From: Ostrea edulis
Lineage: Eukaryota
Assembly (NCBI RefSeq): GCF_947568905.1
Contig: NC_079168.1
Span: 83,018,001-83,082,000 of the forward strand
Reading direction: 5' to 3'
DNA: 64,000 nt
Shown: piece by piece, positions 1 through 12,159 of the stretch
Numbering within the stretch: the stretch's first letter is position 1
Layout: each line of letters opens with the position of its first letter
Made by a program: the position numbers and the translations under genes
The notes under the pieces: generated by a model
What the model was told of the DNA's origin: nothing
Seen by the model: only the letters and a program-made list of their open reading frames with translations
The model's database searches: none

Positions 1-2
1 AA

Positions 3-125
3 AGACGACAACTAATTCATATTGCGAAGGAGAACCAACGACGAGGACACACGACACGTTTAGTGTACAATAAACTGAACATTGATGGCGTTCCATACAA
101 ACCACCTACCAACCCACGGATCTAG
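3..125 (+). pseudogene. C-terminal end of LINE ORF1 (runs off the window start)
   Basis: The frame from position 3 reads RRQLIHIAKENQRRGHTTRLVYNKLNIDGVPY..* (stop 123-125). This resembles the basic helix + L.Y.KL.IDG ending of CR1/L2-type ORF1, and it lies 40 nt upstream of ORF2. Confidence 0.6.
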
Positions 126-164
126 GAACCGATGAGATAGGAAATTGCGGGGGTCGAACATTCA

Positions 165-3100
165 ATGCGTATAGTCGCATGGAATGTAAACAGAAATTTA
201 GAGCAAAAGATATGTGACAGTGACTTTTGCGCAGTCATATCTGACTACGATGTAATATTTTTATCAGAATGCTGGATTCATCCTGGAACAGCCCTAAAGT
301 GCGATTGGTTAAACGACGAATTTGAATACAAATGTTTTCCTAGACTGAAGGGTAAAGGCGATGGCCTTGTGCTGTTATACAGAAAAAACACTTCGTAAGT
401 TTGTATCAATTGTTAAATGTGTTGAAGACACATACATATGGTTAAGAGTAGAACAAAGAGACCATCCCGATATTTATATCTGTTTTGCGTATATACCTCA
501 TGATCATAACGTTTACTACACAAAGTATAATTGCGATTTATTTGATTGTATCTTAAATGATATGTCAATTTTTACACAGAACGGCACTGATGTTGTTGCC
601 GGTGACCTAAACAGTAGAGTTGGTAATTCACCTGATTATATTGTAGAAGACTCTCTTGCTATACCTATTCATGATATGCTGTCAAATGTTTTTTATTATA
701 ACACCGATTCGGTCATGCCACATCGAGTATCAGAAGATATGATGGTTAATAGGTTTGGCAGAAAGCTTTTAGAATTATGTAAATTTACTGGTTTAAGACT
801 TTGTAATGGTAGAACACCAGGTGATGAAAATGGTCAGTTAACTTTTTACAATCACTTAGGTACAAGTGTTATAGATTATGTTTTAGAAGATGAGTACTTT
901 AACAATGCCACTAAGCTTAACGTCTGTGAGTTTAACGAATGGTCAGATCATGCACCAATAGAATTTACTTTGAGATGTATGAATGCTAGCTTTTCCAATA
1001 ATAATGATGTAATCACGAGTGGTCCAAATACGACACGGAAGTACAGATGGGACGACGAGCACGTGGAACAAATGGAACGTGACCTCAATGACAAAGTCAG
1101 TGATCTGTATAATACAATCATCTACCCTAACACTAGCCTTGGTCACTGGATCGTGGTATTGAGCAGTTTAATTCTATATTAAATGATGTTTTTCAACCTT
1201 GTTCTAGAAATGTAACATGTTGTAAAAAAAAAAATTCACCTAATAAGAAAAGTCCTACTGGCAAGGATAAACCTTGGTTTGACGAAAAATGTAAACACCT
1301 GTACAACACTTATCGTCATTTTATGTACATCTTTAATTCTGAGCGTAGCCCGGAAAACAGATGTAATCTGGCTGAAGCTAAAGGTGAATACAAACGTTAT
1401 GAACGACAGGTCAGACGTAAGTATTAAAGGTCAGAGGGGAACCGACTTAGTCTGTTACGTAGGAATAACCCTAGGCAATTTTACAAAGCCTTTAAGAAGA
1501 ATTCAGGGTCTCCACCTACAGAGTTGTCTTTGAATAATTTTTTTGAGCATTTCAAGTCTGTCTGTAACAATGATGGAGATAACAATAATACAGATGTGGA
1601 CCGAGCTCAAAGTTGCATTTTCGAGGAGCTAGATGTTCCAATATCATGTGATGAAGTTTGTAATGTATTAAAGAAAACGAAAGCTGCTAAATCACCGGGC
1701 ATTGATAACTTGTTAAATGAATACTTTTGTAAATTTCGAGTTATTTTTACTCCATTGTTGTCACGTCTATTCAATACTATCTTTAATCATGGCACATTTC
1801 CAACATGTTGGTCTGAGGGAATTATTTTCCCATCTTTTAAGAAAGGAAATGCTAACGACACTAATAACTTTTGAGGCATAACTCTGGTGAGTTGTTTGGC
1901 AAAAATATTTCTGTTTTAAATGATAGGTTGTTAAAGTGGTCTTACGGGAATAATTCTGTGTCAGATGCTCAGTTTGGTTTCAAACCAGGTTTTGGCACTA
2001 CAGACGCTATATTTGCATTACAAAGTGTCATTAGTAGAACGTTATCACGCAAAAATAAGTTATTTTGCTGTTTTGTTGATTATCAAAAGGCTTTCGATAA
2101 TGTCAATCGAAACAAATTATTTTTTAAATTATCACGCTGTGGCATCACTGGTAAACTACTTACAATTATCAAATCACTATATAATAACTTAAAATCCTGT
2201 GTAAGATTTCAATCCGAATTATCGAACTTTCGATTTTGAGAATGTATTTATCAATAGCTTATGTGATGGAATTAACTTTAAAGATATATCACTGTTTTTG
2301 CTAATGTACGCTGATGATATTGTACTTTTTTCTGAATCAGCCACAGGATTACAAAACATGTTAAATACTTTGTCAGTTTATTGTAACGAATGGGACCTAA
2401 AGGTTAACATTCAAAAAACAAAAGTTCTTGTCTTTCGTAATGAAGGGAAAATAAATGCCGCCAGCAAATGGTTTTACAATGGTAGCGAACTAGAAGTTGT
2501 TGACAGCTTTAATTATCTTGGTCTTACTTTAAATTTTAATGGTAAATTTTTAAAGTCTCAGTGTATTATCGCCGAGCAGGGTAGAAAATGTATGTACCAT
2601 ATTCTTCGAATTTGTGATAATCTGTCACTGAATATTGTAACAAAACTTCATGTATTTGATACTTATGTTTCAAGTGTTTTGAATTATGGTAATGAAATTT
2701 GGGGTTTTAACCCAGATAACGATGTTGAAAAGGTACATGTGGACTTTTGTAAGCGAATTTTACATGTAAAGAAGTGCACTCCAAATTATATGGTTTACGG
2801 GGAACTTGGTCGTGTGCCAATGTATAATTTACGTATGATAAAAATTGTTAAATATTGGTTGAAAGTTATCAAAACCGACAATTGTATTCTTCAATCTATA
2901 TATGATGACATGTTGATTTGCAATCACAAGAACTGTAATTGGCGCTGCCAAGTTAAGCATTTATTATTATCGAAAGGAATTGGTGTTGTATGGTTTAACC
3001 ACTATGTTAATAATGAAGTTGTATTTCTAGAATGTCTCAAACAGCGTTTAACTGACGACTTCATGCTGTCAGGAGATGAATTTTTTGATAATTCACCCAA

Positions 3101-3445
3101 ATGTATTCTGTATAGACACTTTATTGATAATGTTACCATTCAGTTTTACTTGACAAAATCTATTCCGGAAAATCTTATTAATCTTTTAGCAAAATATAGA
3201 TTGTCTGCTCACCAGCTTAGAATTGAACAAGGTAGATATGATAGCACAGCAAGACAAGATCGATTGTGTGAATTTTGTAATGTGAACGAAGTTGAGGACG
3301 AATATCATTTTATTTTAATATGTCCATTGTACAAAAACCTCAGATCTGCATATATAAAAAAGTATTATTGGCCGCATGCTTCTATGTTTAAACTGGTACA
3401 ATTGATGTCAATTCATAATAGAAAGCAACTCTGTAATCTGGGTAA
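165..3445 (+). mobile_element. Degenerate non-LTR retrotransposon ORF2 (APE endonuclease + RT + C-terminal Cys/His motif), CR1/L2 group
   Basis: APE motifs IVAWNV, VIFLSECW, GDLNSRVG, SVIDY, SDHAPI. RT motifs KSPGID, QFGFKPG, FVDYQKAFD, YADD. C-terminal CEFC..EDEYHFILICP. The ORF is split by frameshifts and stops into at least 5 pieces, and the GVxQG motif is missing between 2239 and 2298. Confidence 0.93.
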
Positions 3446-4844
3446 AGGGGAAAAGAGTACCAATTCATTTCCCATAGACCTCAATGCTAACCTTTGGCCC
3501 TCTCACTAATTAACTATATCGATTTTAAACAAATGACCGCAAACATTTCAAAGTTCATTCCAAGTGTTGATAAAAAATGACAAAAAATATATAGGGTCCC
3601 GTGCCTTTTATAGGCCATATTTGTACTTTTTTACAACACATAGCAATCTGCAGTAAATTACACACTTCATTTTAAGCACACCCCTACCATGGTAATTTCC
3701 TCAGTCATTTCTCGATTTTGTGCGATAATTTTTCATCCTGGCAATTAATTTGAACCTCTATAATATTTCTTTCAATTCCAAATAATTTCACTCTTGATAT
3801 TAGCCAATCACGCAACACCTAGACATTTATACCTCCGCTCAATCTTGGGGTAAACTGCGTCCGGGTTACGCATACGGGGGTTTGGTACTCTCATTCCAAA
3901 TTAAAAAGTGCTTTACTCTTACGATCTAGCCAAACTATCGTCTAATGTATATGCTGGTTTTTGTTGGGGTTTTTTTAAATGTAAACTTGACTTATAACTC
4001 TCTTCATGTATGTCCATCCTCTAATATTCACTCCACTTTTCATATTGTATACACCTTTTTGTTTATACTCTGTAATTGAATATGTATTATGCTTATGAGC
4101 CGTAAGGCTTAAAACTAATAAACAATACAATACACAAATTCTCAGTGTCTGTACTGTGACGCAGGGTGCCGGCACAGCAGAATTTTTAAAATTAGCACAA
4201 ATACATAACACAGAATGTATTCTTAACCAATTCCCTAGATGAAATGGCTTAAAGCAAAAGTATAATTATTATGTGATCAAAAGAATATTCCATGGTGTGT
4301 CTCGTTGGATATGATTAGAACTTGTTTCCAATCCTTTTGATTTCATCAATTAAATATGTTCAAAACGAGTTGTGTATTTTCTATCCCCAAACTTGATGGA
4401 TAATAATGTCCCAAAGACCATGTTTGATGTATCATGAAGTCAAGTGGTGTCATCCGTAAGAACGGGAGCTGCAATCCGACACAGTGAGAACTAGCTCTCT
4501 GGCATGGATTGGGACAAACTAAAGAAATACAGATACACCTGTTATTTGATACTAATAAAAATATACAGCGCTCGATTTCAGGTTTCATTTCTATCACAAT
4601 CTCAAAATTTTGATATCAGAAAAGTTTCCAACATGTTTCACTCTACACTTGACAAACTCGGTCATTTCTGTAAGCAAATGTGTATCAGGCGAAGCCCGTT
4701 ACTTTTTGTACGTGTACTTACTTTTACTTACAGTGATATACCTGTAGTATCTTGTATCTATCGTGTAAGTAATTATATAAAATGAGAAAAGCAGAGGTAA
4801 CTTACACATAATGTAATGTAAGTTCTTGGATGTTGAAAAGTATA

Positions 4845-6018
4845 TGGACCGGTCAATATTTATTTGGGGGTTAGGACAGGTGCAAAATGCAATAGGACAC
4901 ACATTTATTTTGACTTGCATACTGATAGGACTCCGACAGTTTTATTTTCAACACTGATAGGACAGCTCTATTTTTTTGCAAATGAGCAAAAAATATTATA
5001 ATGTATTTCAAACTTTTAATTCAACTATTTTACAAACAGTAATACTGAGTTGTGTGCATGCTTTATTTCATGTCCAAGTTGAATATACTAGAGACAATGT
5101 GCAATAAAATACTGGACCTTTGAAGATTTTTAATATTAAGACATGTAATTAAAAGTAACAAAATTAAAGCTAAAGTCTAAACACATCTTTAATACATGTA
5201 ATTTGATAGTTTGCCATTTTAATATACAACCTACCATTGGGTCAAATGCTGTCTGTATTGTTTCATACCGAGTGTTAGGCCGTTCTTGGCACACTGATTT
5301 TGACTACGGATAACTCCGTTTACCTGATCAAGATATGCGGCTCATGGCGGGGGTGACCGGTCAACAGGGGATGTTTACTTCTCCTAGGCACCTGCTCTCA
5401 CCTCTTGTATATCGAGGGGTCCGTGTTTGCCCAACTCTCTATTTTGTATTGCTTATGGGAGTTATGAGATTGATGTCACTGTTTGTTACATGTATCTTCA
5501 CCTTCGATAGAGAATACTGAGATGTGAAAAATACTTGTAAGTACATGAGACAACAATTCAGTAAAACAGTCATTTGAAAATAAGCAAAATGTAGCACTTT
5601 AAACAATTTTAACAAAAAGAAAAATATGAGATGAAAATAATGAGATTTGTAACTTCACTAGACAAATTACCGAACCAACATGGCAAAGTAAACAAAAGAT
5701 TCTCAGGAGCTTAATCCCTCAGCTGATCTATAACTGGAGAGACAAATTTTAAGTGATAATTGTGAAGAACTCCAGAGGTTTTTAAAATGAAGTAAAAATG
5801 TTGTTTAATCATACATGTATTCATTTATTTATTAGATAGGACACACATTTTTTAGTTACACATGTGATATAGGACAGCGACGGTTTTGGGGTTGTTGTTT
5901 TTTTTGGGTTTTTTTGTTGGTTTTTTTGTGTATTTTTAGAAGATAGGGCATAGAGGTTTTTAAAAACGTAAATATAGAATGCATCGGTTCCAACCCCCCA
6001 AAAATATTGACCGGTCCC
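4845..6018. mobile_element. Non-autonomous TIR element (MITE) containing a nested Penelope-like fragment
   Basis: GGACCGGTCAATATTT (4846-4861) is inverted at AAATATTGACCGGTCC (6002-6017). TA flanks both sides, and GATAGGAC-like motifs recur subterminally. Confidence 0.65.
5225..5505 (+). mobile_element. 3' fragment of a Penelope-like retroelement (copy 1)
   Basis: Same sequence family as 40317-40630, 47449-47786 and 57202-57364. It carries the end of the YNL..GQMLS..FHT RT-tail coding stretch plus the shared 3' region ending ATCTTCACCTT. Confidence 0.7.
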
Positions 6019-6805
6019 TAATTCTGATATTTTGACTTTTATTAAGTTACAAATAAAATGGAAAATAGGGTTGTGTGGACATAATCAGACGAGTAGACGG
6101 AGCTCAGAATCTGTTTAGCCTATATTCATCCTGGTAAAGTTGGTGGGCTTGTAGATACCTTGAGGATCAAATTACTTCAGTCTGTACATCAGAATTTTTT
6201 CCTTTTGCTTTCTTTGGGTATCTGATTAGTTGGGGTCACGACCAATAACCGTCCTCTCATTGGTGATTACTGTCATTAACATGTGTAGCCACTGGTAAAT
6301 CTTGATTTGGACAGAGGACCCGGTGGTTACTCGTTTGTGGTGGTCTGTTGTTTCTCCTACACATTGGTTGTGGCAAACATCGCAACTGATGAGAAAATGC
6401 AGTTATTAGTTTTGCTCGGAAAGTCTCCAGTATTCTGTAACTGCGACTTGTAACAGGACGGCAACAACTTTCAGTGTCTAAGCTATATTGTGTAATTGAT
6501 ATCTGAGGTCTGAACATGATTTTGAAACTTCCATTAGATAAAAGGGAACAGTGGGGCGTTTGTTTGTTTGTTTGTTCTGAAACACGTGGGTAGGAGGTTT
6601 ACATCAAAGTCAGATTGCTTGACTAATCAAAAATCACGTTTCCCTTTTTATGTCAATACTTGTATTTCATATTAGTGTAGTTAGTATATCATGACCCTAA
6701 ATTACATGTAATCTATACATACTGGTGCACAAAACATGCTCTAAACAGATGCCCCTTTCTCGCTTTTGATTTTCTTTCATTTGGCTCAAGCCGCACCATA
6801 TATAC

Positions 6806-6874
6806 CCCATCAGAGTACTGTGCGAGGGGATTTAGACTAAACCCCATCAGAGTATTGTGCGAGGGGATTTAGAC
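6806..6874. repeat. Tandem duplication of a 33-bp segment
   Basis: CCCCATCAGAGTA(C/T)TGTGCGAGGGGATTTAGAC occurs at 6806 and 6842 with 1 mismatch. Confidence 0.9.
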
Positions 6875-8330
6875 AGTTACAGTATACACAATCAAGAACT
6901 TTGTCTGCCCTTCTTAACAATTTGCGTTTCATATGGGGCCATTCATCTTCCCTCTCAGCTACAGACCTTTTGTTGGACCATGCATGTTTTCATCTGAATT
7001 TCTTCAGCAACTGACCACGTGTCTTAGTTTCGTATTTGCACCCATCTATATACTAGGAATCATGGTGACACCTACATGTTAAACTTTTTCATTAAGCTCT
7101 CAGCTACATTTGACATGTATCCTAAAATAATTCAATTCTACACATGTAATATAACTTCAAATATGGGATATTTCCACTTTTGAAGAAAGTTTACCATGCC
7201 TATAGTGCGAAACTGTCCCTTAGGTGCTACCTCACGAACGACCAACGTGAAATCTTAGTCCCTTTAAAGTTTCATTTTTTTTCTCTTTGTTTAAATTTAT
7301 CTATCTACATGTATATATTGAAGGTTCACATCCGATGTAATCGTCGAAAATAAAAAATTAAAAAAAAAGATGGATTCTCTTTCTATTTTAAAGAGAAAAT
7401 AATCAAGGTAGATACATATTTATTGTGCAGTATCAGTTGATGTTATGCTACGAGTCTGTTGACTTTCCACGGTTAATATTTTTGTTTTATGGAGAAGATT
7501 GTATGCCCCCTTCTTGTGCGTTCTCAGTTGTTTATTCACTTAATATAAACTCATTTAATCGAGAGCCAATACAGATGTTCATAAATCATTCAGTTTCATT
7601 CCGCTCTAGTCTTTGAAATATCGCAAAAGTTGAGTCAGTCGCGGCTTTAGCTCTTGTAAACACTATCAGTTATTTTCCTGTCATTAGGCAGACCTGTAAA
7701 CTGGTAGCCTCGCCATCAGACGAGGACGGTACCCAGACAGTAGCCATTCGAAATTGTTCCATCAACGAGACCACCAATCAAATTGGGGAGATGATTAATT
7801 AGCTGTTGAAGAGTGTTTTAATTTAGCACGGGATTGCACTTAATATGATCAACTTTTATTATCCGTGTACGTGAATCCTCGTCAATCGGACGCTAATGAC
7901 GATCTAATGGGCTAACTTGTTTGAAACGTGTTTCCTTTATCTCTTTAACGAGTTCGATAAATTACATATGTAGCACTTTCGACTCCTGTACTGCTTTTAT
8001 GCAAGGATTCCGTAAAGGGTTGAGTGTAAGAAAATACTTGACAGGCCACATTCTTGTAGAATAGAAAATTTCAAGAAACTAGTTCTTTTTGTCTGAATTT
8101 CTTTTCTAGCAGACAAATCATTCCATTTTTGGGGTCCTAATTCGGTTCCATTTGGCGTGTTTGGTCATCTGGATTTCAACAGTTGTAGAACAATTTAGTA
8201 ATTCTATTGACCCAAGCAAAATAAATGTATTATACATTTGTATATGCTGACGGACTTTAAAAACACATACATGTATACGTTTTCCAAATATTTAAATTTT
8301 GATAATATTTATAGCAAATTTCACTCACCA

Positions 8331-8770
8331 CACTATCGTGCCGGTTTTTAAAGTCCACTACATGTCGTACCCGCGTTCATTATTCACACGATGTGAGTAG
8401 CATTGCACGTAATTTTTCGTGCGCTATTCAAAACTGTTAATGAAAAAATAAATCTAGTTTTGTTGCGATAAAATAATTCTGCTGGTAATTGCAGATGTAA
8501 AAATCAACAGTTGAGATAAAAACAAAAGAGTGTACCGCGTTTAAACAATGAAATACGAAATCAAGCTGTCGGTATGCTGCAAGCAGGCGTTAGTCAGCGG
8601 GAGGTAGCTACACGTTGTAATTATCATCCTTCTACAATACACCGGTTGTTACGGCGGCATCGTTAGGATCGTCTAATACCTTGTGGACCGTTGGCTGACA
8701 ACGCCACGTCAACAAGCGTACGTTCGGGGATATGTTGCGGCTGCTGCGACTACGGTGAAGCAAAACTAGG
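8331..8770 (+). mobile_element. Tc1/mariner transposase 5' remnant
   Basis: 8532-8663 translates VPRLNNEIRNQAVGMLQAGVSQREVATRCNYHPSTIHRLLRRHR, a paired-like HTH. After a stop and frameshift it continues TPRQQAYVR, like the GRPR..TTPRQDR motif. CACTATCGTG at 8331 may be the left end. Confidence 0.7.
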
Positions 8771-8959
8771 TCCATTCCTCCAAGAACAGTATCCTGAATA
8801 TTGAAACGTAAAATGGAAATTCCAAGATTCATTGTAATTTGATAGCAGTAGAAGTTGCTAGACTGTTAACTCTCACTTTCATGTTGCGAGGGTTGTGTCA
8901 TGTTGCGATGGTTATGTCATGTTGAGAGGGTATGTTGAGCTTTTGTTAGTGTTGCAATG

Positions 8960-10445
8960 GGCGTGTATTACTATGCCCTGTTAGTGTCCCAATGGGCGTG
9001 TAGTTTCGTGTTCTCTTGGTGTCACAATGGGCGTGTAGTATTATACCCTGTGAGTGTCACAGTGGGTGTGTAGTATCGTGTTCTGTTATTGTCACAATGG
9101 GCGTGTAGTATTCTGTTCTGTTATTGTCACAATGGGCGTGTAGTATCGTGTTCTGTTAGTGTCACAATGGGCGTGTAGTATTCTGTTCTGTTAGTGTCAC
9201 AATGGGCGTGTAGTATTCTGTTCTGTTATTGTCACAATGGGCGTGTAGTATCGTGTTCTGTTAGTGTCACAATGGGCGTGTAGTATTCTGTTCTGTTAGT
9301 GTCACAATGGGCGTGTAGTATTCTGTTCTGTTAGTGTCACAATGGGCGTGTAGTATCGTGTTCTGTTAGTGTCACAATGGACGTATAGTATCGTGTTCTG
9401 TTAGTGTCACAATGGGCGTATAGTATCGTGTTCTGTTAGTGTCACAATGGGTGTATAGTATTATGTCCTGTTAGTGACACAATGGACGTGTAGTGTTCTG
9501 TTATTGTCACAATGGGCGTGTAGTATCGTGTTCTGTTAGTGTCACAATGGGCGTGTAGTATCGTGTTCTGTTAGTGTCACAATGGACGTGTAGTATCGTG
9601 TTCTGTTATTGTCACAATGGGCGTGTAGTATCGTGCTCTGTTATTGTCACAATGGGCGTGTAGTATCGTGTTCTGTTAGTGTCACAATGGGCGTATAGTA
9701 TCGTGTTCTGTTAGTGTCACAATGGGCGTATAGTATCGTGTTCTGTTAGTGTCACAATGGGTGTATAGTATTATGTCCTGTTAGTGACACAATGGACGTG
9801 TAGTGTTCTGTTATTGTCACAATGGGCGTGTAGTATCGTGTTCTGTTAGTGTCACAATGGGCGTGTAGTATTCTGTTCTGTTATTGTCACAATGGGCGTG
9901 TAGTATCGTGTTCTGTTAGTGTCACAATGGGCGTGTAGTATTCTGTTCTGTTAGTGTCACAATGGGCGTGTAGTATCGTGTTCTGTTAGTGTCACAATGG
10001 ACGTGTAGTATCGTGTTCTGTTATTGTCACAATGGGCGTGTAGTATCGTGCTCTGTTAGTGTCACAATGGGCGTGTAGTATCGTGTTCTGTTAGTGTCAC
10101 AATGGGCGTATAGTATCGTGTTCTGTTAGTGTCACAATGGGCGTATAGTATCGTGTTCTGTTAGTGTCACAATGGGTGTATAGTATTATGTCCTGTTAGT
10201 GACACAATGGACGTGTAGTGTTCTGTTATTGTCACAATGGGCGTGTAGTATCGTGTTCTGTTAGTGTCACAATGGGCGTGTAGTATTCTGTTCTGTTATT
10301 GTCACAATGGGCGTGTAGTATCGTGTTCTGTTAGTGTCACAATGGGCGTGTAGTATTCTGTTCTGTTAGTGTCACAATGGGCGTGTAGTATCGTGTTCTG
10401 TTAGTGTCGCAATAGGCGTGCAGTTTCGTATTCTGTTAGTGTCTC
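8960..10445. repeat. 35-bp minisatellite, about 42 copies
   Basis: Unit GTCACAATGGGCGTGTAGTATCGTGTTCTGTTAGT, period 35 (9301, 9336, 9371). A 5-nt-deleted variant recurs at 9474, 9784 and 10199. Confidence 0.97.
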
Positions 10446-11500
10446 CATGTGGTCTGTGTTGTTTGTATTTGTGATGAAGAATTAGGTGGTACATCTGTAT
10501 CTGATTGCTACCAATCATCAAGGAGTGGAACTTTGCTTTAGGGCAATATTAGCTCTAATTCTAAAAATTTTGTTGTAAAAATGTTCTATTACGAAAGTTT
10601 TGTATGTAACTTCAGTCATAATTATTTCTAAAATCAAAACTAAGTTTAATTTTTTTTATCCAAATAAAGATTTAGATTCTATTGAATACATAGCATTATA
10701 TATAGAAATCAATTTTTGTGCGGGGAAAACAATAATATAATTTTGCTTCCTTAAGAGAGGTTTTCCAACACAAATATAAGTTTTTGAACCTTTTTTCTTC
10801 TATCAATGAAATAAAAGGCAAAGGGCACTAAATTAAAGTTCCCTAGTCGTTATGATGGGATTTACCGCCAAGCAAGGATAAACTATAGATGTGTGTAGTG
10901 GATCGTGTGGGGTTGTTAAATATTTTAAAAGGTCTTTTGGAGTCTGCAACCTACTATGTGGATGTTTAAAAAAAACTCATGGCTCGTACCCCACCCCCTT
11001 GAAATTTACTGGTCCCACTACTGAATGTAGATCATGGAATTTGCATTAATTATATATCAACGTTTTACCAAAATATAAAGTGAAAAGTTTATATTACCTA
11101 TTTTGTGAAACAAACTAAAAAACACCTGAACATACAACAATGAGCCCTTGTTATCCTGATAACGTGAAATAATAATGGGGAAATGTGTGAAGTACGTGTA
11201 CCGTGAAAACAGTGACATTTTGATTTTAGATCGATGTACATGTAGCTAAATATGTCAGCTCTCAGTTTGTCTTTGTTTAAAGATAGAATGTTCTGAAAAT
11301 ATTTCTTCAAACCGAACTTTTAATAGATGCAGTTGAATATCATTACGTGTATTCATGCTGTCTCCAAAGGAATGGCGTTTATCATTAAAGACATTGACTG
11401 TCTCAGCTCTCGAAAATTGTCAACTTCAGTAGTACTATGTTTGTTATGTTACAATGACTGACTTTGTTACAGTAATTACAGACACGTGACATGTAGCATC

Positions 11501-11651
11501 CAGTGGCGTAGCTTCCATTGAGGCAACCGAGGCAGCTGCCTCGGGAAAAAAAACCAACACTTTTTACGTTGTTAAAATGTCGATAGCTTCTGGGGTGCTG
11601 CGCCCCCAGACCCCCTGCCTCGGTAATATTCGAACCCAAGCTACGCCTATG
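11501..11651. mobile_element. hAT-type MITE-like element upstream of the ITIH-like gene
   Basis: CAGTGGCGTAGCT ... AGCTACGCCTATG imperfect TIRs of the CAGTGGCG class. No 8-bp TSD is visible. Confidence 0.45.
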
Positions 11652-12159
11652 GCACGTAGCTATGTACGCCCCGAATTTCCTCTACCTATGGCATCGTTTT
11701 TCAAAGGGAGAGGAGACGTTAACTTCACAATTGTCTAAAATTCTTGACAAATATTTAAAAAAAAATTAAAAATTCTTACCGTTCAATGATACATGTACAA
11801 TCAACAGAGCGGGATGCAATCAGCCAATATAAATGTGATAATAACTAACTCTGCACATGTACATGTTGTTATATTCCGGAATAAGCGGTGTTAACCCAAT
11901 ATATTTTAATTTTATTGTTATAAAATAATCGATAGTGTGTGCACGAAGTGACGAATTCTGCGATTATTTCTGGACATTGTGAATTTAAGACAGAATTCAG
12001 TATCTACAGTTTATTTTCTATTCATTCATTCGTTTGGTCTTGACATGGGTGTGGATATATGTGTAAACCACGCCTCGGTAAGAATTAATAACAAAACGAA
12101 AGTACATTCGATGTGCGTGACTGTTTGTTGATACACAGAGGTTTAATGTTTTACACATC

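Noticed and set aside
3449-3897. TIR element truncating the LINE
   Set aside because: The putative 15-16-bp inverted ends differ by an indel and a mismatch, and no TSD is visible.
6257-7065. Second LINE remnant on the minus strand (YIDG..Y word near 7060; 86-aa ORF at 6257-6517)
   Set aside because: Only one short motif is present, with no endonuclease or RT signature to support it.
8960-10445. CRISPR-like array (35-bp periodicity)
   Set aside because: The units are contiguous with no unique spacers, there are no cas genes and the context is eukaryotic. The same applies to the 27-, 28- and 41-bp arrays.
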